A DNA stretch of 32,000 nucleotides from Synechocystis sp. PCC 6803 substr. PCC-P (GCF_000284455.1 NC_017039.1:1530001-1562000), one strand, 5' to 3'. Positions 1 to 9,544 are shown, counted from the first letter of the stretch. The notes: generated by a model not told the origin, from the sequence alone. Numbers and translations are program-made.

Positions 1-289
1 CGAGCCAGCCGAGGAGTTGTCCCAAGTTTTGGGGTTCTTTCATTTGTTGGGTTAATGCTGTTCCTGGCGGTGAATCGGTTGCTTCTTTAGGTGGATTCTT
101 GCGTTCCCAAGCTTGGCCATTCCAACAGAGCCACATACCACCGGGATGTTCAATGTGCCACCAGTTCCCCTGGGCATCCTGCACCCGAAGACGGTCTAAC
201 CAAGCAGTAAATTCTGTTGCTGAAATATGACGCTCATGCAACTGCTGACACCAATCATAATACATTTGCTCGGCTTCGACAAAGTCCAT
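1..289 (-). CDS. Partial hypothetical protein (N-terminal ~96 aa, runs off the window start): MDFVEAEQMYYDWCQQLHERHISATEFTAWLDRLRVQDAQGNWWHIEHPGGMWLCWNGQAWERK...
   Basis: Manual translation of the reverse complement: ATG at 289-287, open to base 1, starting 2 nt after the stop codon of the 292..1314 ORF. Not in the supplied ORF track because it is truncated. Confidence 0.75.
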   Translation of the reverse strand, partial: MDFVEAEQMYYDWCQQLHERHISATEFTAWLDRLRVQDAQGNWWHIEHPGGMWLCWNGQAWERKNPPKEATDSPPGTALTQQMKEPQNLGQLLGWL

Positions 290-291
290 GG

Positions 292-1314
292 TTACTTGTC
301 TCCTAATTTCAGCAGTTGTTCAGCAGGAATATAGTTAACGCCGTCCTTGGTACCAATCCAAAAGTTGCCCGCCTGATCTTCCAGCATGACTTTTACCTCT
401 TGGTTGGCTAACCCATCTGCTTCCGTCAGGGTTAACCAGTTTTCTCCTGCTAAACGAGCTAGGCCGTCATTTTCTGAGCCGAGCCAAAGCACCCCTTGGC
501 GGTCTTGGTAAATGGAGCGTACTTTGGCCCCGGCCAATCCGTTTGCCGCTGTTAAGGTTTTTCGGACTACCCAGCCAGAGTTATTGGCTTCCAGTTGGGC
601 CGCTCCGCCTCGGTCAAAGAAACCAGTTCCGACCCAAACCTTATTGCTGTCCTTGATCCAGAGGCTCGTAATATTATTATGGGGCAGTCCATTGCTGGTA
701 GAGAATTTTTGACAGGTTTTCTTAAGACAATAATTGAGGCCACCCCGGGGAGCCACAGAGGAACCGAACCACATCCCCCCCTGAGAGTCTTGGGCAATGA
801 GATTAATCATTAAATCTGGTAAACCATCAGCCATTCCTAACCAACGCCATCCCGCTTTTTCTTTCACCGCCGCCCCCTGCCAAGTGCCAATCCACAACTG
901 CCCCTGGCGATCGAGATAGAGGGTATTGATGGGTTCACGGAAGCGGGAATCATCCGATTGATAAGCTTGGCAACGTTGACCGTCGTAATAGCTCAGTCCT
1001 TTGTTATGGGCAATCCAGAGCCAGTTTTGTCGATCAAGAACTAAAGCCTGGACAAAATTAACCGGGGGATCGCAGGTGATGGTTTTAACAATTTCTCGCT
1101 TTTGGATATCAATACCCACCACGCCATCTTTTCCCCCAGACCAAAGTATTTGATTCTGTAAAACCAGAGCTGACACTTCGTGGGGGGGACGAATTATTTG
1201 CCAACCAGGGCGTCTTTTGGATTGGAAATTGCGCCGCATTAAACCCAATAACTCCACAGAGAGGATCACAAAAATGCCCAATAGCAACAGAAAACGCCAT
1301 GGTTTCATTTTCAC
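292..1314 (-). CDS. Membrane-anchored or exported beta-propeller protein (two-component-regulator-propeller-like repeats)
   Basis: 340-aa ORF. N-terminal hydrophobic segment FLLLLGIFVILSVELLGLM, then repeated blade motifs (WLWIAHNKGL, QLWIGTWQG, GGMWFGSSVA, KVWVGTGFF, VLWLGSENDGL, NFWIGTKDGV). Directly downstream of ABC transporter genes. Confidence 0.8.
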   Translation of the reverse strand: MKMKPWRFLLLLGIFVILSVELLGLMRRNFQSKRRPGWQIIRPPHEVSALVLQNQILWSGGKDGVVGIDIQKREIVKTITCDPPVNFVQALVLDRQNWLWIAHNKGLSYYDGQRCQAYQSDDSRFREPINTLYLDRQGQLWIGTWQGAAVKEKAGWRWLGMADGLPDLMINLIAQDSQGGMWFGSSVAPRGGLNYCLKKTCQKFSTSNGLPHNNITSLWIKDSNKVWVGTGFFDRGGAAQLEANNSGWVVRKTLTAANGLAGAKVRSIYQDRQGVLWLGSENDGLARLAGENWLTLTEADGLANQEVKVMLEDQAGNFWIGTKDGVNYIPAEQLLKLGDK

Positions 1315-1328
1315 AAAGCCTCCTGGGC

Positions 1329-1985
1329 TCAGGGATTGGAATGGGGGACTAATTGACCGTCCCGGAGAAGCTGAATATCCGAGGTTAGAAATTGGGCTTC
1401 AGCTAAATCATGGGTGACGTAGAGGGTACAAGCCTGGGTGAAGTCTAAGTAATCCTGAAGATAGGTTAGTAGCTCTTCTTTTAAACCTTGATCAAGGTTG
1501 GAAAGGGGTTCATCCAACAGTAAAAAAGGCGGCCGGGGAGCTAGGGTACGGGCAAAGGCTACCCGTTTAGCTTCTCCTCCCGATAGTTGGTGGGGATAGC
1601 GATCTATCAGGGGGGCAATAGCTAATCGTGCTAACAATGGCTCAATGCGTTCTTGTTGCTCTGTTTTGCTAAGGTGGGCGAGGCCAAAAGCGATGTTTTG
1701 CTGGACAGTGAGATGGGGCCAGAGAGCCGGAGATTGAAAAACAAAACCAATACCCCTTTGGTGGGGCGGTAGATAATGCTGGGGACAACTAACCTGGCGA
1801 TCGCCAAGGTAAATTTCTCCTCCATCCAGGCGATCGAGACCAGCAATCAGTCGCAGGAGGGTGGTTTTACCGCTACCGGAACGGCCAAGAATGGCAGTTT
1901 TTCCCCCTGGAGGAATAGTTAGACATAGTTGCCGTAACACCGCCACGGAACCATAGGTTTTGCTCACCTGTTCAACTCTGATCAT
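1329..1985 (-). CDS. ABC transporter ATP-binding protein (Fe3+/thiamine/sulfate-type, short form)
   Basis: 218-aa ORF with Walker A GRSGSGKTT, signature LSGGEAKRVAFARTL, Walker B FLLLDEPLSNLD, H-loop THD. Overlaps the permease ORF by 14 nt. Confidence 0.93.
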   Translation of the reverse strand: MIRVEQVSKTYGSVAVLRQLCLTIPPGGKTAILGRSGSGKTTLLRLIAGLDRLDGGEIYLGDRQVSCPQHYLPPHQRGIGFVFQSPALWPHLTVQQNIAFGLAHLSKTEQQERIEPLLARLAIAPLIDRYPHQLSGGEAKRVAFARTLAPRPPFLLLDEPLSNLDQGLKEELLTYLQDYLDFTQACTLYVTHDLAEAQFLTSDIQLLRDGQLVPHSNP

Positions 1986-3576
1986 ACTTTTTCCCCCGGC
2001 TCAGCAAAGATGAACCCATCAGCAGAACGATGGATAGGAATCCCCCGACAATGGCCGCTCCCCCCACCATGAACAAACAAAGAAGGGCCACTTCCCCGGA
2101 AGCACCGTAGTGTAGATAGTTATAAATCCGCAGGGTCAAGGTGGAATAGCCGGGAGGAATAACAATCAATGTTGCTCCCAACTCCCCCGCACTGAAGGCA
2201 AAGACGACCCCAGCAGCAGCCAACAGACCAGGAAGTAAAAGGGGAAAACGCAGATAAAGCCAAATACGCCAACGGGGCCCGGGCACTAAAAAAGTACTGT
2301 CCCAGAGGCCAGGGTCTAATTGTCGTTGTTGGGCAAAAAGTATCAGGGCGGCCATGGGGGTAAAGCGGGCTAGGTGGGCAAGGATAGGCATGGCCAGGCC
2401 GCCGTAAAAAGGATTACCCCAAGGGGCATACCCCAGGGCAATTAAGCCTACCCCCACCAGGGGCGCAGGTAAAACTAGGGCACCAATGAGTAGTGTCCAC
2501 ACAAACCATTGCCAAGGACTTTCCCTTTGTAATGAGACATTGATGACCAGGGCCAAAGGCAGGGAAAGAATGGCTGTTGAACTGGCTAATCCGAGGGTGA
2601 CCCCCGCTTCTGGTAAGGCTGACTCCAGGATGCTGAGGGGATATCCTCCCTCTTGGAAATTGATCAACGCCAAACTGCCGACGGGGACAATGATCTGGAA
2701 CAGGCCTAAACCCATGGCGATCGCCTGGAAGGCCAGTAACCACCGGGGCCATTGCCAGGGAATTTGCCAAGCTGGGCATTGGATGCGTTTTTGTAGAGTT
2801 TGTTGTAGGGGAGTTTGGAGAGAAATAATTCCTAGGGCAGATATTAGGAGCAGGGGAATGGCAAGGAAAAAAGCCCGTATTGGTTCGTTGCTGGCGCTGT
2901 ATTCAGCAAAAATTTCCAGGGCGTAGGAACTGACGCCAAACAGGGAGGGGATGCTGTAGTCAGTGAGGCTCAATAAAAATAGCAATGCACCACTGGCCCA
3001 AAAACTAGGCATGGCTAAGGGCAGCACCACTTTCTGCAAAACCTGTTCATCCTGGGCTAGTAACCGAGCGGCTTCTATGGTGTCTAAGGGGACAGCTAGA
3101 AAACCAATCAGGGTCAGACCCACCGCCAGAGGTAACCAAGCCATTAATTCAATGCCAGCACCCCCCCACCAAGGGGGCAGAATATCCCCATTAATACCCA
3201 CCAGGGTTAGAGTTTTTCCCAATACTGTCCCTAACTTAGACCAGGCCAAGGCATGGATATAGGGCGGTATGAATAATAAGGGCAATAGACACCAGCGCCA
3301 ACGTCTGACGGCCTGGTATTGCCAACCTAAACAAGCAATCATAGCCCCCACTACGGTGCCGGCGATCGCCACGACTGCGGCCAATTTAACGCTTTGCCAA
3401 AGCAGATGTCCCCGTCGCCCCCAGGGTAATGCTAGCGCCAACCAATCCAGGTGACCTGCCATTATGCCCATGAAAGCCCCAATGACCAGGGCCAACAGTG
3501 GGCTAAAAATAACCAGGGCCGAAACCACCAACCCCAATTTTTCCCAGTACCCCCCAAAGCTAGTTGGCGATCGCAT
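1972..3576 (-). CDS. ABC transporter permease, fused two-domain (FutB/AfuB/ThiP-like)
   Basis: 534-aa highly hydrophobic ORF with EAA-loop-like motif (DTIEAARLLAQDEQVLQKVVLPLAMPSFWASG) and a second degenerate one (LRFPLLLPGLLAAAGVVF). Operon context with ATPase and binding protein. Confidence 0.92.
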   Translation of the reverse strand: MRSPTSFGGYWEKLGLVVSALVIFSPLLALVIGAFMGIMAGHLDWLALALPWGRRGHLLWQSVKLAAVVAIAGTVVGAMIACLGWQYQAVRRWRWCLLPLLFIPPYIHALAWSKLGTVLGKTLTLVGINGDILPPWWGGAGIELMAWLPLAVGLTLIGFLAVPLDTIEAARLLAQDEQVLQKVVLPLAMPSFWASGALLFLLSLTDYSIPSLFGVSSYALEIFAEYSASNEPIRAFFLAIPLLLISALGIISLQTPLQQTLQKRIQCPAWQIPWQWPRWLLAFQAIAMGLGLFQIIVPVGSLALINFQEGGYPLSILESALPEAGVTLGLASSTAILSLPLALVINVSLQRESPWQWFVWTLLIGALVLPAPLVGVGLIALGYAPWGNPFYGGLAMPILAHLARFTPMAALILFAQQRQLDPGLWDSTFLVPGPRWRIWLYLRFPLLLPGLLAAAGVVFAFSAGELGATLIVIPPGYSTLTLRIYNYLHYGASGEVALLCLFMVGGAAIVGGFLSIVLLMGSSLLSRGKKYDQS

Positions 3577-4613
3577 CAGCGCACAAAAATAGTTTGTAAA
3601 TCACGCTTAGAAGTCTCCAACTGTTCAAATACCTGGGTAGGATTGACTGCCATCGGTTTGACCACGAAATTTTCCAGGCAGGTGGAAACTGGAGAACTGG
3701 AATGGAGGGGTAACTGACTCCCCCCAAGTTGAATTAATTCAGCTTCCGTACTGGGAGCGATTAAAAAATCCACCAGAGCTTGGCCCGCTTCCGGGTGGGG
3801 AGCGTTGGCAATTAATGCCACAGAGCCAGTCAACACAAAGGCTCCCATTTGTCCTGGCCCTTGATCGGGGAAAATTATCTCCACTGGTTCTCCCTTGGCC
3901 ACTGCGCTACAAGCATCATCGGTATCCGTCAGCCCGATCGCCAATTGACCGTTAACAACCAAATCCCTAACCACCGAATTACCGTCCACCACCCCCACTC
4001 CCTTTTCCTGGAGAGAACGATAAAATTGCTCGGCCTGGGCATTTCCCCAATGGGCATAGAGAGCCGCGGCATGGGTTGCGGAGGTACCAAAAATGGGATA
4101 AGCAATGCCCACAGGTTGGCCTCCAGTGGCCAGGGACACCAGATCGGTTAATGATTGGGGATATTGATTTTCCGCTAGCTTTTCGGTGTTAGCCAGTAAA
4201 ATCCTCGCTCGTCCCCCAACTCCGTACCAATAACCTTGGGGATCTCGATATTGGGCTGGCAACTGTTCACCACTGGCGGAGGTATAGGGCACAAGTACAT
4301 TTTGTTGTTTAAGCATTAGGGTTTGCACAAACTCCCCACTCCAAAAGACATCCGCCTGGGGACGATTTTTTTCCAGTAACAGACGATTGGCCAGCCCTGT
4401 GGTTTTAGTTGCTTCCACGTCATAAACCGGCAATACCTTGATGCCAGTTGCCTGAGAAAACTTTTCTAAAATTGGTTCCGCATAAATGCGATCAACGGAG
4501 ACGTAGACCACTACTTCCCGAGGAGATGTTCGATCACAGCCATTAACGGCGATCGCCAGTAAAGAAATTAGAGTGAGTAGCCATTGTTTCCTCGTTGATA
4601 AAAGCATAATCAA
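3576..4613 (-). CDS. Periplasmic iron-type substrate-binding lipoprotein of ABC transporter (FutA/AfuA-like family)
   Basis: 345-aa ORF with lipobox LLAIAVNGC. VVVYVSVDRIYAEPILEKFSQATGIKV and ADVFWSGE motifs are typical of Fe3+ binding protein family members. Stop overlaps permease start by 1 nt. Confidence 0.88.
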   Translation of the reverse strand: MIMLLSTRKQWLLTLISLLAIAVNGCDRTSPREVVVYVSVDRIYAEPILEKFSQATGIKVLPVYDVEATKTTGLANRLLLEKNRPQADVFWSGEFVQTLMLKQQNVLVPYTSASGEQLPAQYRDPQGYWYGVGGRARILLANTEKLAENQYPQSLTDLVSLATGGQPVGIAYPIFGTSATHAAALYAHWGNAQAEQFYRSLQEKGVGVVDGNSVVRDLVVNGQLAIGLTDTDDACSAVAKGEPVEIIFPDQGPGQMGAFVLTGSVALIANAPHPEAGQALVDFLIAPSTEAELIQLGGSQLPLHSSSPVSTCLENFVVKPMAVNPTQVFEQLETSKRDLQTIFVR

Positions 4614-4681
4614 AACAATTTCCTTTAACGGTTCTGCTAGGTTAAGTAGATAAGCCTAGAGTGATGGGTATTTGATGAGAA

Positions 4682-4951
4682 TCAGAAAGTTTCCAGCAGC
4701 TTTTTTACTGTGTCTTTAGCTTCTTTTAGCCCACAACCAGTTAGGGAACGGCAGACTTTGATCGCTTCAATTTTCTTGCCTTGCCTTAGCAGTACCATGA
4801 TTTGTTCTTTTTCACTGGCAGATAATTGCTGAATAATTTCCTTGGTATAGGTAATATCTCGAGGAGCAGTGGGTGTTCCTGTCTGAAGGAAAATTACTAG
4901 TAGAAATATCACTACTAACGCTACCAATATCAAAATTATAGTCATGCCCAT
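4682..4951 (-). CDS. Small membrane protein with ribosomal protein L7/L12 C-terminal-like domain
   Basis: 89-aa ORF. N-terminal TM segment MGMTIILILVALVVIFLLVIFLQTG, then KIEAIKVCRSLTGCGLKEAKDTVKKLLE, which resembles the L7/L12 CTD motif (KIxVIKxVRxxTGLGLKEAKxLV). Confidence 0.8.
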   Translation of the reverse strand: MGMTIILILVALVVIFLLVIFLQTGTPTAPRDITYTKEIIQQLSASEKEQIMVLLRQGKKIEAIKVCRSLTGCGLKEAKDTVKKLLETF

Positions 4952-5144
4952 TTCTTTTTTTTGTTTATTAAGTTAGTTAAAAAATGTGCTATTGCTCACG
5001 TTCTAGGAGTTTGTTGGAAAACTCAAAATCAAACGATTTATCTCCCTAAACCTCTCTTAAAAAGAGTGATTTTTCAATTATTTTCCCCTTGTGAATGAGG
5101 GCAGAGGGAATTTCAACTCCAAAACACAGCTTTCCAAACAAGAT

Positions 5145-6821
5145 CTAGGGTAAAGTCAATTCTACTTTAACCGTGCCAGCCCGCTCAGCCTGGGCAGTAA
5201 TGGTTAACTTTTCTCCGGGGTTACCCCTAATTACCCAAATCAAGTGACGGCGATAATCAATGCCATTGGCTAAGGAAGATTTCGCTTTGTTGGAACGCCC
5301 TTCCAAGTGAGGTAATTCCTGGTGAATTTTGCCGGTGATTAAAGTGACGCTATCTGTTTTTTTCAAAGTAACTTGAATGGGGCGCACCGCCTTCCTTTCT
5401 AGGGCTTTTTGACTGGTGTAGGTGGGCAAGAAACCCTGATTTTCCCATTGCACTGTGATTTGGTAAATATTTTCTCCTTGGGCAGTAATTTCGGCTTTAG
5501 CCACTGCCAAACGGGGAGCCATGAGGGCATGGGTAATGGCAAAGCGAAACTGTTGCTCACAGAGTTCGGGTAAAAACTGAGCTGGAGCATTTTGCCACAT
5601 GGTTTTAAAACTCCAACCGCCAATTTCCACCTTGCCTAGTTGGGGATGGTCAAAGGGTTGCCAATGGACAAAACCCTCGCCGCTCAACGCTTGGTCATTC
5701 CATTGCATCAGTTTGTAATCGTCTTCTGGGGGATGCCAACGGAACCATTCAATTAAATCTTCTTTTTCAATGCCGGCCGCAGTGGGAGCGTCCCAAAGTT
5801 CCACTGTAAAACCAAACCAACCGTAGTGGTCATAGGCATAATCATCCATCACCCCGTAGATGACTTCCTTGGGATGGTAGCGAAAATCGTGGTAAGCGGA
5901 AATGCAATTGTAACCAGTCAATTCTTTGCCTTTTTGCCCAAGAATTTTGTACACCTCTAGGTCTTCTACGGGTAAATTTTCATCTGCTTGGGAAGCGTAG
6001 GGGCGCAGAATCACCGCTGAATAGGTGTGGTAGCTAATAAAACCGTTAATATTGCGATGCTGTTGCCAAAATTCTGCCTCTGCTCTGGTTTCCGGTTCAG
6101 AAAAGGGGAAATCTCCGGCACCCTGTTGTTGTCCTTCTGGGGCCCATTGGTGGGGATAGTTGCGGTTAAAATCTAGTCCTTCCTGGGTGGGGGCGAGGTC
6201 AAATTCGTAGCCGTCATAGTTACGGACCAGACCCTCTGGCAACAAAGTGTAATATTCACCACCAAATTCCTCTGGCGATCGCCCGATCATTACCCTGGGA
6301 TCTTGATCAGAAATTTTCCAGGCACCGCAGGGATCGAGAAGGCGCATTTGTAAAATTAAACCGTCACCGTTGACATCCTCAGGGTAAAGACCATCTCTTT
6401 CTTCGGGGTAGGGATAGGGTCGCACACTGGAGCGCAATAGGTAGGGGGTGGTTAAATATTTCTCCGCTCCATCCATGGCTAGCCGGGGCAGGACGTAAAC
6501 GGTGTAGTGGTCGAGTAAATGGGTAATTTGGGCATCTTCCCCATACTTGGTCATCAGTTGATGCAGGCAATACAAGGCCACGGCCGATCCTGTTACTTCC
6601 CCAGCGTGGGTGTTGGCATCGATCCAGTAACCAGGTTTATTGCGATAATCCCCCGTAGCTTGATTGGTGGCGATCGCCACCCAAATGTCCCGGCCGGCAT
6701 AGCTTTGGCCAATGGTTTGCACCGTTAGCAGGGAACCATAGCTAGTTTGTAGTTGTTGTAAAAACTGGTCTATTTCCTGGTAGGTGAAATAGTGACTGAA
6801 ATCAAAGGGAGAAACGGTCAT
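5145..6821 (-). CDS. M14-family zinc carboxypeptidase
   Basis: 558-aa ORF. YQEIDQFLQQLQTSYGSLLTVQTIGQSYAGRDIWVAIATN ... WIDANTHAGEVTG (HxxE zinc motif), DFNRNYPHQW, FISYHTYS, TVELWD. Confidence 0.93.
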   Translation of the reverse strand: MTVSPFDFSHYFTYQEIDQFLQQLQTSYGSLLTVQTIGQSYAGRDIWVAIATNQATGDYRNKPGYWIDANTHAGEVTGSAVALYCLHQLMTKYGEDAQITHLLDHYTVYVLPRLAMDGAEKYLTTPYLLRSSVRPYPYPEERDGLYPEDVNGDGLILQMRLLDPCGAWKISDQDPRVMIGRSPEEFGGEYYTLLPEGLVRNYDGYEFDLAPTQEGLDFNRNYPHQWAPEGQQQGAGDFPFSEPETRAEAEFWQQHRNINGFISYHTYSAVILRPYASQADENLPVEDLEVYKILGQKGKELTGYNCISAYHDFRYHPKEVIYGVMDDYAYDHYGWFGFTVELWDAPTAAGIEKEDLIEWFRWHPPEDDYKLMQWNDQALSGEGFVHWQPFDHPQLGKVEIGGWSFKTMWQNAPAQFLPELCEQQFRFAITHALMAPRLAVAKAEITAQGENIYQITVQWENQGFLPTYTSQKALERKAVRPIQVTLKKTDSVTLITGKIHQELPHLEGRSNKAKSSLANGIDYRRHLIWVIRGNPGEKLTITAQAERAGTVKVELTLP

Positions 6822-6855
6822 GGAGGACGCAACGAATCACAAAGGGTGAATAACG

Positions 6856-7839
6856 ATGGGGATTGGCGTAAACTCAGATCCCAAAGTCGTACATCATCAA
6901 TCTATACCTAAACCTAATGCCATGGCGATCGCCAATTACAGAGCCATTACAACCAAACAATGGCAAACATGGGTAGAAGCTGCCCGTCTTCAGGCCCTCA
7001 ACGGTAAGTTACCCCAATACATTCCTCAGTTGAGCTTGGTCGATCCAGGTAATTTTGCCCTAGACATTGGCGACCAAAACGGCATTATTTACGAAGCAGG
7101 AGATACAGACTTAACGTTTAGTTTGATGAGTGTGGTCAAACCCTTTCTGTGGCTTTACATACTCCATCACCGGGGTTGGCAGTGGGCCGAGCAAAAAGTT
7201 GGCGATCGCCCTTCCCATTTACCTTTTAATTCCGTGGAGCAATTGGAGCAGGATGGGGGTTATCCCCGCAACACCATGGTCAACAGTGGCGCCATCTGCC
7301 TAGCGGGTCATATTCCGGGGGCAACGATAGAGCAACGGTGTGAAAATTTTCTCACTTGGTTAAACCACACCGCCCAATGTCAACTCTGGCTTGATCAGGA
7401 ACTATTGGCTTCAGTCCATTCCCTACCCAATCCCCGCAATCTGGCGATCGCCCATTTGTTGGCAGCAAAAGGTTATGTGGAAGATGCGACCCTGGCTCTA
7501 GAAACCTATAACCAACTTTGTTGTTTGAGTGGTTGCCTCAAGGATTTATTCAAGCTAGGCCTAATGTTGCAATGTCCCCAGCCGCCGTTACAACCGGACA
7601 CCACTGCCAGGGTCAAAGCCACCATGGCCAAAGCAGGACTGTATGAAATGTCAGAAGCGTTTTTTCGGCGCACCGGCTTTATTTGCAAATCGGGGGTCAG
7701 TGGCCTAATTTTGGCTTGTTTGCCGGCCCCGTCACCGACCATTTTTGCCTGCTATAGTCCGCCTTTGAATGAAGAAGGAAACCCTGTGGCTCCCCTGGCA
7801 CTATTAGAGTTTTTGGCAGAGTTCACCTCTAGAAATTAA
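6856..7839 (+). CDS. glsA: Glutaminase
   Basis: 327-aa ORF. SVVKPF (Ser-x-x-Lys), NTMVNSGAICLAGHIPG and RTGFICKSGVSGLILACLP motifs of the beta-lactamase-like glutaminase family. The true start may be the internal ATG at 6922 (MAIANYRAITTKQW). Confidence 0.88.
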   Translation: MGIGVNSDPKVVHHQSIPKPNAMAIANYRAITTKQWQTWVEAARLQALNGKLPQYIPQLSLVDPGNFALDIGDQNGIIYEAGDTDLTFSLMSVVKPFLWLYILHHRGWQWAEQKVGDRPSHLPFNSVEQLEQDGGYPRNTMVNSGAICLAGHIPGATIEQRCENFLTWLNHTAQCQLWLDQELLASVHSLPNPRNLAIAHLLAAKGYVEDATLALETYNQLCCLSGCLKDLFKLGLMLQCPQPPLQPDTTARVKATMAKAGLYEMSEAFFRRTGFICKSGVSGLILACLPAPSPTIFACYSPPLNEEGNPVAPLALLEFLAEFTSRN

Positions 7840-7943
7840 AGAAACAGTCATGTCTGATTTAGCCTTGTTTGATATTGGAAACGTTATAATTTGGCTAATT
7901 AAAACAATAATAATTTGCCAAACAAATGCTCGTGAGGTTTTAA

Positions 7944-8186
7944 ATGGTTACAACTTTTAGCAAACCATCTTCTCTAGTTCATGAAATTCATCTAGAAAAG
8001 GTCGGTAGCTGGAATTTATTCAAGTTTAATGAATCCTTACAATTACGAATGGAAGATCTTTTACAAAAGAAAAAATCCGACAAAATTACCATCGAAGAAA
8101 TTGCTGAATTGGATGCTATTGGTGAATTAGACCGTATTTTTACACACATTAACGCAATGCTAGCAGCCCAAGATGCCAATCAGTGA
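7944..8186 (+). CDS. Small hypothetical protein overlapping the downstream HNH nuclease gene
   Basis: 80-aa ORF (KFNESLQLRMEDLLQKKKSDKITIEEIAELDAIGELDRIFTHINAMLAAQ), predicted helical and charged. Overlaps the HNH ORF by 14 nt, implying translational coupling. Confidence 0.75.
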   Translation: MVTTFSKPSSLVHEIHLEKVGSWNLFKFNESLQLRMEDLLQKKKSDKITIEEIAELDAIGELDRIFTHINAMLAAQDANQ

Positions 8187-8625
8187 AGATCTCAAACAAG
8201 CTATTCGGCAACGGGCAAGATATATCTGTGAATATTGTCATTCCCCAGAACGATTGAGTGCAAACAGATTCACCATTGATCATGTAATTCCGAAATCTTT
8301 AGGTGGTTCTGACGCATTTAATAACCTTGCCCTTGCTTGTCGTCGTTGTAACGAGAGGCGCTACAACTTTGTCGCCAGTATAGATCCACAAACTAAGACT
8401 ATTGTTGCCATTTTTAACCCCCGCCAACAGAATTGGGCAGAACATTTCATTTGGACAAATAGAGGGATAATAATACAAGGAACCACGACAACCGGTCGTG
8501 CGACGTGTATCCGACTTGATTTAAATGATACCCGTTATCCAGAGGAAGATTCTATCCAGGAAACACGACGATTTTGGTTGAAAACGGGACTGCATCCCCC
8601 CATAGATGATCCTTGCAAAAATTGA
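8173..8625 (+). CDS. HNH endonuclease domain protein
   Basis: 150-aa ORF with CEYC...FTIDHVIPKSLGGSDAFNNLALACRRCNERR, a zinc-binding HNH motif. Confidence 0.93.
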   Translation: MPISEDLKQAIRQRARYICEYCHSPERLSANRFTIDHVIPKSLGGSDAFNNLALACRRCNERRYNFVASIDPQTKTIVAIFNPRQQNWAEHFIWTNRGIIIQGTTTTGRATCIRLDLNDTRYPEEDSIQETRRFWLKTGLHPPIDDPCKN

Positions 8626-8704
8626 ATCAATTCGGTGATTTTCTTAACCATTTGAACTTCTCAATGGAATTTGATAAAAATCAATGAAGATGACTTGAAA
8701 TTAA

Positions 8705-9544
8705 ATGAAAATTGGTGTTGTTGGTTTGGGTTTAATTGGGGCTTCCTTGGCGGGAGACTTGCGTCGTCGGGGCCATTATTTGATTGGGGTTTCTCGGCAA
8801 CAAAGCACCTGTGAAAAAGCAGTGGAAAGACAATTGGTGGATGAAGCGGGTCAAGATTTATCTCTTCTCCAAACAGCAAAAATAATTTTTCTTTGTACTC
8901 CTATACAATTAATTTTGCCTACCCTAGAGAAGCTTATTCCCCATCTATCGCCCACAGCCATTGTCACTGATGTGGCCTCTGTAAAAACGGCGATCGCCGA
9001 GCCGGCCAGTCAACTTTGGTCTGGGTTCATTGGTGGTCACCCCATGGCCGGCACAGCGGCCCAGGGCATCGACGGGGCGGAAGAAAATTTATTTGTCAAC
9101 GCTCCCTATGTGCTCACTCCCACCGAATATACTGACCCAGAGCAATTGGCTTGTTTACGTTCAGTGTTGGAACCCCTGGGGGTAAAAATTTACCTCTGCA
9201 CTCCCGCAGACCATGACCAAGCAGTAGCCTGGATTTCCCATTTACCTGTAATGGTGAGTGCTGCTTTAATCCAAGCCTGTGCCGGTGAAAAAGATGGGGA
9301 TATTCTCAAACTAGCCCAAAATTTGGCCAGTTCGGGTTTTCGGGATACCAGTCGGGTGGGAGGCGGCAACCCGGAGTTGGGCACCATGATGGCCACCTAT
9401 AACCAACGGGCTTTGCTAAAAAGTTTGCAAGACTATCGTCAGCACCTGGATCAGCTAATTACCCTAATTAGTAACCAACAATGGCCTGAACTCCATCGTC
9501 TTTTACAACAAACCAACGGCGATCGGGACAAGTATGTTGAATAA
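8705..9544 (+). CDS. tyrA: Prephenate/arogenate dehydrogenase
   Basis: 279-aa ORF. Rossmann GVVGLGLIGASLAGDLRRRGH, TDVASVK, GGHPMAGTAAQGIDGAEENLF, HDQAVAWISHLPVMVSAAL, all typical of TyrA. Confidence 0.93.
   Translation: MKIGVVGLGLIGASLAGDLRRRGHYLIGVSRQQSTCEKAVERQLVDEAGQDLSLLQTAKIIFLCTPIQLILPTLEKLIPHLSPTAIVTDVASVKTAIAEPASQLWSGFIGGHPMAGTAAQGIDGAEENLFVNAPYVLTPTEYTDPEQLACLRSVLEPLGVKIYLCTPADHDQAVAWISHLPVMVSAALIQACAGEKDGDILKLAQNLASSGFRDTSRVGGGNPELGTMMATYNQRALLKSLQDYRQHLDQLITLISNQQWPELHRLLQQTNGDRDKYVE

Noticed and set aside
2414-3717. Several ORFs overlapping the permease and binding protein (2414..2779, 2486..2926, 2963..3262, 3269..3454, 3451..3717)
   Set aside because: All lie inside clearly coding permease/lipoprotein genes and have compositions typical of shadow ORFs.
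1329-4613. Calling the transporter futABC
   Set aside because: Family resemblance only; I recall the characterised Fut genes as located elsewhere and the ATPase as longer, so no fut symbol was assigned.
7861-7971. Short ORF starting MSDLALFDIGNVIIWLIKTI between glutaminase and the 80-aa ORF
   Set aside because: Only about 36 codons and overlaps the start of the next gene; not supportable as a gene.
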